DNA from: the human T2T-CHM13v2.0 reference genome, Homo sapiens
Reading direction: 5' to 3' (one strand)
Assembly (NCBI RefSeq): GCF_009914755.1
Contig: NC_060930.1
DNA: 64,000 bases
A program made the translations under genes and the position numbers. Under the pieces are notes generated by a model. That model saw only the letters and a program-made list of their open reading frames with translations. It did no database searches and was not told the DNA's origin. This document shows, one piece after another, positions 1 through 13,179 of the stretch; position 1 is the first letter of the stretch, and each line of letters starts with the position of its first letter.

Positions 1-494
1 TAGTCAATGGACATTTTAAAATTCACAAATACATTTAAGCTGTGTCTAGAGGTGATTTGAAATATACATTACATTTTGAAATAGTTTATTTTGTCCAGAA
101 TTCCAAAGTGTTACAAACTCTCATTTCCAGAAATCTACTCTAAAGACTTGATATAAAATAGGAAAAAAATACAAAAGTTATTCATATACCAATTAATTCC
201 TTCATACAAGATTTAAGTACCTGCCACATTCTAGACCTAAGTCTAAATTCTTGGATGCAATGATAATTGTGAAACCTTTATTCACTTTGAACCTAAGTCA
301 GGAACACAGGCATGCTTCTCACTCTACTTCTTCCTTACGGAATAACAAAACAACTTCACAGTTGAGAAACAAGCTACCTATAGTATGGCTTGCCCCAGTC
401 ATGAAACTCTTCCTTAGGTTCCAGAATATTCTCTCACTCTCCACCTAATTACAAACTCTTGAAACCATGAGGGCAAAAAATCTAATTAATATAA

Positions 495-935
495 ACTTTT
501 TTTGGCTCCTTGTGCATCTATTTTGTTTTTGACAATAAAACCCAATTTCCTTTTGTGGAATCACGAAGTAACCTTTAACTATAATCAGGTTGGAATATTA
601 ATCAAGGTGTGGTGCTTATGCAAGAAGCTACAAGGGACCCAGTCTAGGCAGACTGATTGTCCTTTCTCCCTGGAATCTAGATTGTGAGCAGAGAAAGCTA
701 AATCAGAAAATGTTTGGAACTCATCTACTTAAGAAATTATGCTATGATGAAATTGTCTATTCGTTTTGCTTCATTTTGTTTAACCTAGACCTGTGGTGGC
801 TATGATTATTGATTTTTACAGAAGTCGGTTTTCTAGACTTTGTGAGTTCTCCTCCTAAATCCTTCCATTGATTCATTTCTGTTTTGTATTACTCAGAGTT
901 GATTACTGTTGCTTGAAAACAAATAATTTCATTGA
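495..935 (+). mobile_element. Old MaLR solo LTR (MLT1K/L-like)
   Basis: Ends in MLT1-type 3' motif tcagagttgattactgttgcttgaaaacaa. Heavily decayed; boundaries approximate. Confidence 0.5.
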
Positions 936-3289
936 ATATTTTTTATTTCCAGATTTGCTGTCTATTCTTGCACTCTCATTTATTCTTCAGAGATGCATTT
1001 TTATTTTTCTTGATGCCTTATGAATAAACCATCACTGTTACCCCCAAACAGATTTAACTTGATATCTCTTTCAGAATTTCTGGCCCAGAGTTCCTTCTTA
1101 GTCAGTTCTATGAGCTTCACCTCCTGGCAACAAATACCAAGTCTATACCCAAGTCAGGGAAATCAGTGCTTTGTTCAAAGTCTGGTATTAAATGTATACG
1201 AAAAATTTATAAGAGGATATAAGAACAAGATGGCAGAATAAAAATCTCCACTGATCATCCTTCCGAGCCCCCTGCAAGACCACCAAGTTAATGACTATCT
1301 ACACAGAAAAAAAAAAAAAAAAAAAACAACTTTGTAAGAATAAAAAATCACTGAGCACTCACAGTACCTGGCTTCAACTTTATATTGCTGAAAGAGGCAC
1401 TGAACAGAACAGTTCTGAATCACCTATGACACCTTCAGGTCATGTTTTCTTGGATGGTGTTAATGCCACTCCCAGCAGCAATGGCATGGTGCTGAAAGCA
1501 TCTCTGGGTACTCCGGGAAGCAGAACACAGCAATTGTAAGGCATTGAACTCAGTGCTACCCTGTTAGAGCAGAAAGGAAAATCTCAGCTGATGCCTGCCT
1601 ATGGAAGGAGCATTAAACCAGGCCTATCCAAAAGGGGATTGCCTATCCCAGTGGTTTGAACTTGAGTGCCTGAAAACCTTGCCAGAGAGGGCTAAAGCAC
1701 TCTGTGTCTCCAAGTAACTTAAAAGACAATCTAAGCCACAGGTACTGCAAATTTTAGGTGAGTCCTAGTTCTAAACTAGACTCAGAGACAGTGGATACAT
1801 GGCGGGACATGTGACATACTGAAACAACAGCTGGAGGAGACCAGGGAGTGCTGGCATCACCCCTCCCCTAACTCCAAGCTGTACACCTCCAGGATCTAAA
1901 AGATATCCTTTCACTTGAGGAGAGGACAGGGAAGAATGTGAAGACTTTGTCTTGCATCTTGGATACCAGCTCAGCCACAGAGGACAGAGCACCTGGTCAG
2001 AGTAGTGGGACCCCCATTTCAGGCCCTGGCTCCAAGATAATATTTCTATCCACACCCTGGGCCAGAAGGGAACCTGGTACTTTGAAGGAAAGGACCCAGT
2101 GCTGGCAGCATTCATCTGCTCACTGAAGAGCCCTTGGTTCCTGAATACCAGCAGAGATACCCATGTACTACACTGAGGGCCTTAGGTGAGTCCCTGAGAC
2201 TTGCTGGCTTCAGGTGATACTCAGCACATTAATGGCTATGGTGGCTATGGAAGAAAACTCCTTTTGCTTGAGAAAAGCAGAGGGAAAAGTAAAGGGGACT
2301 TTGTCTTGCACCTTAGTTATCAGCACAGCCATAGGGAGTTAGAGTACCAAGCAGGCTCTTGGTGTTCCTAATTCCAAGACTTGACTCTTGGACAGCGTGA
2401 CTGGACTTTTCCCTGGGCCAGAGGAGAGTCCACTGCTCTGAAGAGTGAGCCTCGGATCAGGCAGCATTTACAAATTGACTTAAGAGACCTTGGACCTTAA
2501 GGAGCATCAACTGGGATTCTGGCAGTATTCCTAGAAGCCTGGGTGGCAGTGGCTATGGTATGAGATTCTTCTGTCTTTTAAAAGGGGAAGGAAGAGTGGG
2601 AAGGACTGCATCTCATAGTTTGAGTACCCACTCAGCTGTGATACAATAGAACACCAGGTAGACTTCTAAGGTATTTGACACTAGTCCCTGATTCCTGAAC
2701 AGAATCTCTGGACCCCACTTGGGGACTTCACCAACGTGAAGGGAAGGACACAGCCCTGGCTGGCTTTGCCAGCTGCTGCTTGTAGAACTCCAGGGACTTG
2801 AGTGAACATAAGCAGTAGCCAGCGAGTGGTTACAGCAGGACTTGGGTGAGACCTAGTGCTGAGCTTCCTTCAGGTCTGACTCAGTGCAGTCATAGTAGTG
2901 GTGACCACAGGGGTGCATGTGTCAATCCACCCCCAGCGTTAGGTGGCTCAGAACAGGAGAGAGAGAGACTCTGTATGTTTGGGAGAAAGCGAGGGAAGAG
3001 AACAAGAGTCTCTATCTGGTAATCCAGAGAAGTCTCCTGGATCTGGTCAAAGATCATCAAGGTGCTCACTCTATGAGTCTATAAGAACCACAGAGTTACT
3101 GGGTTTGGGGTGCCCCCTAAAGCAGATATAGTTTATATCACAACACCCAACTCATTTCAAATATCTGGAAAGCCTTCCCGAGGATGGCTACAAATAAGCC
3201 AGATGATGAAGAATACAATAAATACCTGACTCTTCAATGTCCAAACACCAAAGAACATCTACTAGCATTAACACCATCCAAGAAAACAT

Positions 3290-4150
3290 TATGTCACCAG
3301 ATGAACTAAATAAGGAACCAGGGACCAATCCTGAAAAAACAGAGATATTTGACCTTTCAGACAGAAAATTCAAAATAGCTGTGTTGAAGAAACTCAAATA
3401 AATTCAAAATAATACAAAGAAAGAATTCAGAATTATATTAGATCAATTTAGCAAAGAGATTAAAATATTAAGAGAAATCAAGCAGAAATTATGAAGCTGA
3501 AAAATGCAATTGGCATACTGAAGATTACATCAGAGTCCTTTAATGGTAGAATGGATCAAGCAAAAGAAAGAATTTGTGAGCCTGAATACAGGTTATTTGA
3601 AAATACACATTCAGGGGAGACAAAAAAAAAAAAAAGTAAAAAACAATGAAGCAAATATACAGGGTCTAGAAAATAGTCCTGATAGGGCCAGTCTGAGTTA
3701 TTGGCCTTAAAGAAGAGGTAGAGAAGGAGATCGAGGTAGAAAGTTTATTGAAAGGGATCATAACACAGAACTTCCCAAAACTAGAGAAAGATATCAATAT
3801 GCAAGTACAAAAAGGTTATAGAACACCAAGCAGATTTAACCCAGAGAAGACTACAAGATGTTTAACAATCAGACTCCCAAAGGTCATTGATAAAGGAAGG
3901 ATCATAAAAGCAGCAAGAGAAAATAAACAAATTACATACAGTGGAGATATAACACATCTGGCAGCAGACTTTTCAGTTGAAACCTTATAGGTCAGGAAAA
4001 AATGGTATGACATATTTAAAGTGCTGCAGGAAAATAACTTTTACCCTAGAATAGTGTAACTGGTGATGATATCCTTCAAACATGAGTGAGAAATAAAGAC
4101 TTTCCAAGACAAATAAAAGATGCTGGATTTCATCAATGCTAGGAGGATAT
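3290..4150 (+). pseudogene. Disrupted L1 ORF1p remnant
   Basis: Track ORF 3748-3990 matches the L1 ORF1 C-terminal half. Flanking frames are broken; start approximate. Confidence 0.8.
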
Positions 4151-4665
4151 TAATGAGCAATATATAATCACCTGAAGATACAAAACTTTCTGGTAATAGT
4201 AAGTACACACACACACACACACAAAAACAGAATATCATGACACTGTAACTGTGCCATGTAAAGTACTCTTACTCTAAGTATTATAGAAAGACTAAATCAT
4301 AAACTAATCAAAAATAACAACTACAACAACTTTTTCAGTCATGGTCAGTACAATAATACATAAATAGAAACAGAAAGTTAAAAGTTGGGGAACAAAGTTA
4401 AGGCATAGAGTTTTTATTAGTTTTCTTTTTGTTTGCTTATTTGTTTATGCAAATAGTGTTAAATTGTTATCAGTTTGAAATAATGGGTGTTATAAGATAC
4501 TATCTGTAAGCCTCCTGGTAACTTCAAAACAAAAGACACAATGGATACACCAAAAACAAAAAGCAAAAAAACACATCATATCAACAGAGAAAATCACCTT
4601 CAGTAGAGGAAAACAGGAAGGAAAGAAGGAAGAGAAGACCATAAAACCAGAAAACAAATAACAAA

Positions 4666-7600
4666 ATGCCAAGAGTAAGTCTTTAATTATCAATAATAAT
4701 GTTGAATGTAAATGGACTAATATCTCCAATCAGAAGACACAGACTGTCTGAATGGATGAAAAAATAAGACCCATTGATCTGTTACCTTCAAGAAACACAC
4801 TTTGCCTACAAAGACACACATAGACTAAAAATAAAGGGATGGACAAAGATATTCCATGCCAATGGACACTTAAAAAGAGTAGGGGTCGTTATATTTATAA
4901 CAGACAAAATAGATTTCAAGGCAAAAAAAATAAGAAGAGATGAAGATGCTCACTATATAACGATAAAGGGGTCAATTCAGCAAAAAGATACAACAATTTA
5001 AAATGTACATGCACCCAACACTGAAGCACCCAGATATACAAAGGACATACTATTAGCACTAAAGAGAGAGATTAGCCCTGATACAATAATAGCTGGAGAC
5101 TTCAATACCCCACATTCAGAATTGGACAGATCTTCTAGACAAAAAAATCAGTAAAGAAACATCAGACTTTATCACACTGTTAGACCAATGGATCTTATCT
5201 GACCACAATGGAATAAAACTAGAACTTAATAAAATGAATAACGAGGAACTTTGAAAACTATACAAAGTTTATTTTTACTAAATACCATGGAAATTAAATG
5301 ATATGCTCCTGAATAATCAGGGGGTCAATGAAGAAATTAAAGAGGAAATTGAAAAATATATTGAAACAAATTATAACGGAAACACAACATACCAAAATCT
5401 ATAGGATAAAGCAAAAGCAGTACTAAAATGGAAGTTAATAGATATAAGTACCTACATCACAAAGAGGAAAAACTTCAAATAAACATTCTAACACTACATC
5501 TTAAAAATCTGGAAAAGCAAGAGCAAATCATACCCAAAATTAGTAGAAGAAAAGAAATAATGAAGATCAAAGCAGAAATAAATGAAGTTGAAATTTAAAA
5601 AATACAAAAGATCAGTGAAAAAAAAGTTTTTTTGAAATGTTAAACAAAATTGACAAATGTTTAGCCGAACAAAGAAAAAAAAAAAGAGAGATGATCCAAA
5701 TAAATAAGATAAAAAGTGAAAAAGGAGACATTTCAACTGATACTGCAGAAATTTAAATGATCATTTGTGGCTGCTATGAGCAACTACGAACCAATAAATT
5801 GAAAAATCTAGAGGAAATCAACAAATTCCTAAGTACATTCAACCTACCAAGATTGAAGCAGAAAGAAATTCAAAACCTGGACAGACCAATAACAAGTAAC
5901 AAGATTGAAGCCATAATAGTCTCCCACTAAAGAAAAGCCTGGGACCAGTGACTTCACTGTTTAATGCTATCAAACATTTAAAGAAGAATTAATACCAATT
6001 CTATTCAAACTTTTCCAAAAACTAGAGAAGGGAGGAATATGCCCAAACTCATTCTACAAGGTCAATATTGCCCTAATACCAAAATCAGACAGACACATAA
6101 AAAAAGATTTAAAGAAAGGAAACTACAGGCCAATATCTCTGATGAATATGGTTGCAAAAATCCTCAACAAAATAGTATCAAATTGAATAAAACAATACAT
6201 TAGAAAGATTATCTATCAAAACCAAGTAGAATTTATCCCTGGGATGCAAGGATGGTTCAACATATGCAAATCAAACAACGTGATACACCATATCAACAGA
6301 ATGAAAGATAAAAACCATATGATCATTTCAATTGATGCCAAAAAAGCATCTGATAAAATTCAACACTCTTTCATGATAAAATCCCTCAAAAAATGGGCAT
6401 AGAAGAAACACACTTCAACATAATAAAAGTCATATATGACAGACCTACAGCTACAACTAGGATCATACTGAATGGGGATAAACTGAAAGCCTTTCCTCTA
6501 AGATGTGGAACACGACAAGGATCCCCACTGTCAACACTTTTATTCAATATAGTACCAGAAGTCCTACCTAAAGCAGTCAGACAAGAGAAAGATATAAAGT
6601 ATATTCAAGTTGGAAAGGAATAAGTCAAATTAACCTTGTGTACATATGATATATTATATTTGGAAAAGCCTAAAGACTTCACAGGAAAACTATAGAACTA
6701 TTAAACAATTTAGTAAAGTTGCAGGATACAGAATCAGCATACAAAAATCAGCGGCATTTCTGTATGTCAACAGTGAACAACGTGAAAAAGAAATTAAAAA
6801 GTAATCTCCGCCACACACAAAATTAAATACCTAGGAATTAACCAAAAAAGTATAAGACCTACATAATAAAAACTATAAAACACTGATGAAAGAAATAGAA
6901 GATGACACCAAAACATGAAAAAAAAGTCTTCTGATCCATGGGATCAGAAGAATAATATTGTTAAAATGTTCATATTACCTAAAGCAATCTAAAAATTCAA
7001 TTCGATCTCTGTAAAATATCAATGATATTCTTCACAGAAATAGAAAAAAAACTATCAAAATTTATATGGAACCACAGAAAAATGCAGAATACCCAAAACT
7101 ATCCTAAGCAAAAAGAACCAAACTGGAAGTAATGTAATTACCTGGTTTCAAATGATACTACAGAGCTACAGTAACAAAAACAGCATGGTACTGGCATAAA
7201 AACAGACACATAGAGCAATGGAACAGATTTTAGAATCCAGAAACAAATCCACACAGCTACAGTGAACTCATTTTAACAAAGATGCCAAGAACATACACCA
7301 GGAAAAGGACAATCTCTATGATAAATGATACAGGGAAAGAAATCTGGGTCCGTATCTATCACCACATACAAAAATAAAATTAAAATTGATTAAAGATTAA
7401 AATTAAAATCGATTATATCTGAGACCTCAAACTAAAAAACTACTGCAAGAAAACATTGGGGAAAATCTTCAGGACATTGCTCTGTACAAAGTTTTCTTGA
7501 GCAATACCCTACGAGCATAGGCAGCCAAAGCAAAAACAGACAAATGAGATCACAAGTTAAAAGCCTTCTGCACAGCAAAGAATACAGTCAGTCAACAAAA

Positions 7601-8720
7601 TGAAGTAACAACCCACAGAATGGGGGAAAATATTTGTAAACTACCCATCTGACAAGTGATTAATAACCAGGATATATGAGAAACTCCAACTCTATATGAA
7701 AAAGTTTTTTAATCTGATTTAAAAAATGGCAAAATATTTGAGTATACATTTCTCAAAAGAAGACATACAAATGGCAAACTGGCATATGAAAACGTACTTA
7801 ACATCATTGTTTGTCAGAGAAATGCAAATCAAAACTACAATGAGATATCATGACACCCCATTTAAAGTGGCTTATATCCAAAATACAGGCAATAACAAAT
7901 GCTGTAGAGGATGTGGAGAAAAGTAAATCCTCATACACTCTTGGTGGGAATGTAAACTAATACAACCACTATGGAGAACAATTTGGAATTTCCTCAGAAA
8001 ACTAAAAACTGAGTTACCATATGATCCAGCAATCCCACAGCTCAGTACATACAAAAAAAAAATTGAAATAGGTATACCAAAGAGATATCTGCATTCTTAT
8101 GTTTGTTGCAGCACTGTTTACAATAGCTAATATTTTTAAGCAACCTAAGTGTCCATCAACAGATGAATGGATAAAGAAAATGTGGCACATAAACACCATG
8201 GAATACTATGCAGCCATAAAAAAGGATGAGTTCATGTCCTTTGCAGGGACATGGATGAAGCTGGAAACCATCATTCTCAGCAGACTAACACAAACACAGA
8301 AAACCAAAGACCATATATTCTCACTCATAAGTGAGAGTTGAACAATGAGAACACATGGACATAGGGATGGGAACATCACACACTGGGGCCTTCAGAGGGG
8401 TGGGTTCAAGGGGAGGGATAGCATTAGGAGAAATACCTAATATAGATGATGGGTTGATGAGTGCAGCAAACCACCATGGCACATGTATACCTATGTAACA
8501 AACCTGCACGTTCTGCACATGTACCCCAGAACATAAAGTATAATAATAATTTAAAAAAGAATGTGTGGTACATATACACAAGGGGGTACTATTCAATCAT
8601 AAAAAAGAATGAGATACAGTCATTTGCAACAACAAGGATGGAACCAGATATCATTATGTTAAGTGAAACAGGCCAGGCACAGAAAGACAAGCATTGCATG
8701 TTTTCACTTCTGTGTGGGAT
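4666..8720 (+). pseudogene. Disrupted L1 ORF2p (endonuclease/reverse transcriptase) remnant
   Basis: Track fragments 4774-5001 (EN), 6393-6623 (RT), 7726-7926 and 8099-8341 (C-terminal). Interrupted by stops, deletions and the nested L1PA. Confidence 0.9.
8173..8555 (+). mobile_element. Nested 5'-truncated L1PA (approx. L1PA7) 3' end inside the L1MA2
   Basis: L1PA diagnostics gagttcatgtcctttgcagggacatgg, gggagggatagcattaggagaaatacctaa, gcaaaccaccatggcacatgtatacc. Flanked by aaagaaaatgtgg (8173-8185) / aaagaatgtgtgg (8556-8568). Confidence 0.9.
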
Positions 8721-9326
8721 GTAAAAATCAAAACAATTGAACTCTTGGACATAAAGAATAGAAGGATGGTTACCAGCAGTCTGGAGGAGAAGTAGGGATG
8801 GTAAATGGGTACTAAATAATAGAAAGAATGAAAAAAAACTACTATTTGTTAGCACAATAGAGTGACTATAGTCAATAATAACTTTATTGTAAATTTTTGA
8901 ATAACCTGAAGAATGTAAGTGGACTGTTCATAACTCAAAGCATAAATTATTGAGGGGATGGATAATCTGCTCCCCATGATGGGCTTATTTCACATTGCAT
9001 ACCCCTATCAAAACATCTCATGTACTCCATAAATATATACACCTACTGTATACCCACAAAAATTAAAAATTAAAAGAAAAAATAATAAAATGTAAAAACA
9101 AGGATATAATAAATCTATTCACAGAAGAAAAACATGCATCTTTCATAAAAGTCAAAATGAATTTCAGTATCATCTTCTGCCTCTCCTCATGACCCTGCAC
9201 TTAGCATTCTGCTCTTACCAATCATCATCCCCAAGTAAATTGTTTCACTTGTGACTCCATGCACTTGCAACATCATTCTTTCAGCCAGAATATACATCTC
9301 TCTTTTCAATCTCTGTCTACAAATTC

Positions 9327-9331
<5 letters not shown>

Positions 9332-9364
<33 letters not shown>

Positions 9365-9450
9365 GAGATATATATATATAAAAATATAGTGGATATATAT
9401 ATATAGTGGATATATATATGTATATATATCACACATGATAAATATATAAC
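9332..9450. repeat. (TA)n compound microsatellite with gtgga interruptions
   Basis: Directly visible. Confidence 0.95.
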
Positions 9451-9469
9451 AATTTATGGGATTCTTTAC

Positions 9470-9660
9470 TATTTTCCAGGCACTGTGCTAGATTTATATG
9501 GATTATCACATTTAAACCTCATAAAAAATACTGTAACATATAAAACTTACTTTACAGATGAGGAAACTGGCTTTGTGACACTATGGGGTGGAGAAGTAGT
9601 AGAAATTGGATTTTGAGTTGAAGCAGATGTAGCCTACAGATTGTGCTCCTAATAACTACC
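9470..9660 (-). mobile_element. MIR SINE
   Basis: ccaggcactgtgcta...catttaaacctc...ttacagatgaggaaactg core. Confidence 0.75.
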
Positions 9661-9941
9661 AATAGCTGTTTTTTTCATGCTGTCAGTGGTTACTTATTTA
9701 TGTGTCTACGTCTATGAAAATTATAATTACATTTATACTGTATTTAATTGTGCATATAATGTTTTCATTAAGACTTTGAGTAGATAAGTATCTTCTCCAG
9801 CAAAACTTACCTGTCCTTATTAATATTTTTCAATTATTTTCTCATGAGCAGAGCAAGTGTATCATACCTTGTTTAGTCATACTTAGCTTTTTATATCTCC
9901 GCCTTTAACATTAAACTTTAAGCTTTTTAAAAGTAGACAAT

Positions 9942-10208
9942 CAGAACAGAAAACCAAACACTGCATGTTCTCACTCATAAGTGGGAGTTGAACAATGAGA
10001 ACACATGGACACAGGGGAGGGGAACATCACACACCTGGGCCTATTGGGGGGGTGGAGGGCTAGGGAAGGGATAGCATTAGGAGAAATACTTAACGTAGAT
10101 GACGGGTTGATGGGTGCAGCAAACCACCATGGCAAGTGTATACCTATGTAACAAATGTGCACTTTCTGCACATGTACCTCAGAACTTAAAGTATATTTTT
10201 TTAAAAAA
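9942..10208 (+). mobile_element. L1PA (approx. L1PA7) 3' fragment
   Basis: cagaaaaccaaacactgcatgttctcactcataagtgggag...cagaacttaaagtat. Degenerate TSD aaaagtagac/aaaagttgagac. Confidence 0.92.
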
Positions 10209-10289
10209 GTTGAGACTTAGTTATGGCAGGAAAGATGTAGGATACATAGTAAGAGGCATGAGCACCCAAGACAGATATGTTTGGGAACA

Positions 10290-10445
10290 TACTTCTACTT
10301 GCTACTGGTGTAACTTGAAAACAAAGGCTTCTCTCTAACAGTTTTCTCATCTGTGAAATGAGGATTACAATATTTACAATGCAGAGTGTTAAAGAGTGTC
10401 TTGCCCACAGCAGGCTCTGAGTCATTGTTTGTTGAATCAATGTTA
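10290..10445 (+). mobile_element. MIR fragment (possibly joined to an L2 tail)
   Basis: cagttttctcatctgtgaaatgagga core, followed by tgtttgttgaat. Confidence 0.6.
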
Positions 10446-11150
10446 TTTAAAAATTCAATATAGACTGCTAATCAATTTTAACTTACACTCATTTCCTATC
10501 TCTTTAAGATCTTGCAGAACGTTTACTGTTTAAGATCTTGCAGAATATAACATTATGTATTTTTATATTGTGCAAACTAATGATAATGCAATGTCTCATC
10601 TTCTAACATGCAGCAAAGGTAACATATAAAATACTTTAATGCCTACATGTGAATTAATGGAAAGGAATGAATTAATCCTCAGTGTAAATATATATATATA
10701 GGATTACAACCATTCATTTATTCTTAAAAATATTTTGGCTTGTGAACCATAGCTTTATGTTTTTCACTGGAAAGTTGTAAAAAAATTTAATCTTTTTTTG
10801 CACTACACTTCTGCGACTTTCCACCTATTTGCCCCTCTTTCAGATATAAAGCTGCTGCATCATCTTGTGTGGTTAAAGTGTGACCAAATGTCATTTAGCA
10901 AGGAGAGAGGTGAAGTGACATGAAGCATGAAATTTAAAAATGAATGTCACACCACTTTTCTTATTGAATTCTTAGCATTAATTCACATTGCAAGCAACTC
11001 AATGCAAATATTTTGTTGCAAAAGGAAAGAAAGTAAGGGACTTTCTAATATTTACTGCAGTTCTGGAAAAACTTGAAAAAATTGTTTTTGAAAAAATTAC
11101 ACACAGGCAGTTAGCTATTAACTGGAATTCAATGTCTGGCAATTCTGTTT

Positions 11151-11152
<2 letters not shown>

Positions 11153-11184
<32 letters not shown>
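11153..11184. repeat. (CA)n microsatellite
   Basis: Directly visible. Confidence 0.97.
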
Positions 11185-11185
<1 letters not shown>

Positions 11186-13179
11186 CTCAGCCAATTATAT
11201 CCATGTTATTAATTTAGGGCACTGAGAAATATCTGACACCACACAGAAGTATGTATGTGATTCAGATTGATTTCTGATGGGATCTCCTAAGGCTACAGGT
11301 TGGTCCTTTAATTCTGCCGCTATTTTATCTACTTCCTCCTGCAGCAAAATATCTGCTTTCTGCTTGCTTTATGTCCACATTATTTATTACTTTACTTTAG
11401 AAGAGTAATCAATCTAAACCAATTGAAGGCAAAAGAAACTAAAATATGTTTGTAACATCTTGGTCAGACTGGGAAGAGATTTCTGGAGATATTTCCAAAA
11501 TAGATATTCATAAAATCATTTTTCAACAATTCACACACTTTCGAATGTGAGTTTAGTAGAAAAGTGTACATAATGCTCATTGTTCCAATCTCAATTATGA
11601 GTTTATTTTTAAGCTCCTTGGCTTATACAATGAAATCCTATCTTTAATCCCATACTTGCAAAACAAGTTGGCCTCTTGTAGGAAAGACTTAGTGTGTCTA
11701 TTTCTACATTCTCTTCCTCTCAAGTATGAACATTTTAGACATCTCTCACAATTTAAGAGTTACGTGAATCATAACTTCAATCCACCCATTATGCCATCTA
11801 GGCATAACCATTTAATCAAAGGGTTCAACAAGGGCACTAGGTATCAAAGGTTTGTCTTTGAAGGAGCATATGCAATGGGATGTTTAAATTTTTCTTTGCT
11901 TGTTAACACCCAGACTCACTTCCTCAAAGCTATAAATCAAGTTCTCAAATGCCCTTCAAAATGTTGGATAAAAAGAATGAAAGCAACACTTTAGTCCCCA
12001 TTGCAATTCACAGTTAGACAGTAAAACATAGGATTTGTGGCCAGGCAAACTTTTGATTTTTTGAGTTTCAGATCAAACTCAGTGCTTTCTGCTTTACTTT
12101 GGGCATCATTCAAACCAAAGCTTTGTGGCTTTTAGACCTTGTAAAGCACCAGGTAAAGAATCAAAAGATAAAAAAATTCAGTGCAAATCAGATTGGTACA
12201 TGCATTTTAAAGGAATATACTCCTGTATATCAAAAGGATATAATGTAAAGTTGCTTGTTTCTTTTGTTTTTGTAAGAAAAAACACAATTTTTCTTTTACA
12301 ATTGTAACTTACTATTTGTTTGCTAAGACATAGTTTTGATATGAAGAAATTTACAACAAGAAAATTGAATTGGTAAGTTTCTGTAAAGAAAAAAGTGACC
12401 ATAAGTTAACTTTGTAAAAGTTCCTTCCAATTCTATATAGCTTACGAACTTTTCTATGTATTTGATGAACTGTTTTCCTTAGATTTAAATAACTATAAAA
12501 TTAAGATTAAAAATTATATTTTAATTTGCATAAAAAATAGTATGGTTTTGTTTATGTTTTTTAGTTAACTCAATTTATTCTTTAGCAGGCACCATGCATT
12601 ATAGAAGTGTGATATTTTTAATAAATTTGTACTAAAATATGCACTGGGCTCTTTAAAATGATGTTATTTTAATGTATTCCAATAAGTTATCAAATTCGAG
12701 TTATTTTACTTCCAAATAAAGAAGCTTTTCTACAAAGTGTGCACAGAAAAGTACAGCTTTCATTTACTTTTCTCAAAAATAGGAAAGTATTCTAATCTAA
12801 TGTGCCTAGAAAGAATATTCATAACCATTTCATTGAAGCTAGCTATATCTTATACCAACTTTAAGACAAATTAAATATTCAGACAAGAGTAGAATAAAAC
12901 AACAGTATTCACTGCAGAAGAGTTGAATTTTACAGAGTAGTTCTATAGCTTTGGAAAAATATTGACATAAACTGAGATAATTGAGTGATATTTAACTATA
13001 CAACTATAATACATTTGACTCAAAACAATACACCTCTATGTGTATTCTTTTGTTTAATGGAAGCATAAGATATATTTTTAGCATGTCCTTTGTTTCAAGA
13101 TTATCAAGGTGTGTATTATACATTCCATTTGTTTCAGTCGGTGTTGGATATATACAGACAAGATACAAAGCTAATCTAT

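Larger units (their letters stand above)
1221..9090 (+). mobile_element. Full-length decayed LINE-1, L1MA2-like (L1M1-type 5'UTR, ORF1, ORF2, 3'UTR, A-rich tail)
   Basis: 5' motif caagatggcagaata and ~2 kb 5'UTR. ORF1 remnant IITQNFPKLEKDINMQVQ...HLAADFSVETL. ORF2 ATG at 4666 with EN motif ICYLQETH, RT motif GTRQGSPLS and C-terminal FVAALFTIA..KQPKCPSTDEW. L1MA1-3 3'UTR (gtgactatagtcaataataac...tacccacaaaaattaaaaa). Many stops and frameshifts. Confidence 0.93.

Noticed and set aside
1221-9090. Potentially active L1
   Set aside because: Both ORFs carry numerous stops, frameshifts and deletions, and the RT catalytic motif region (~6640) is mutated.
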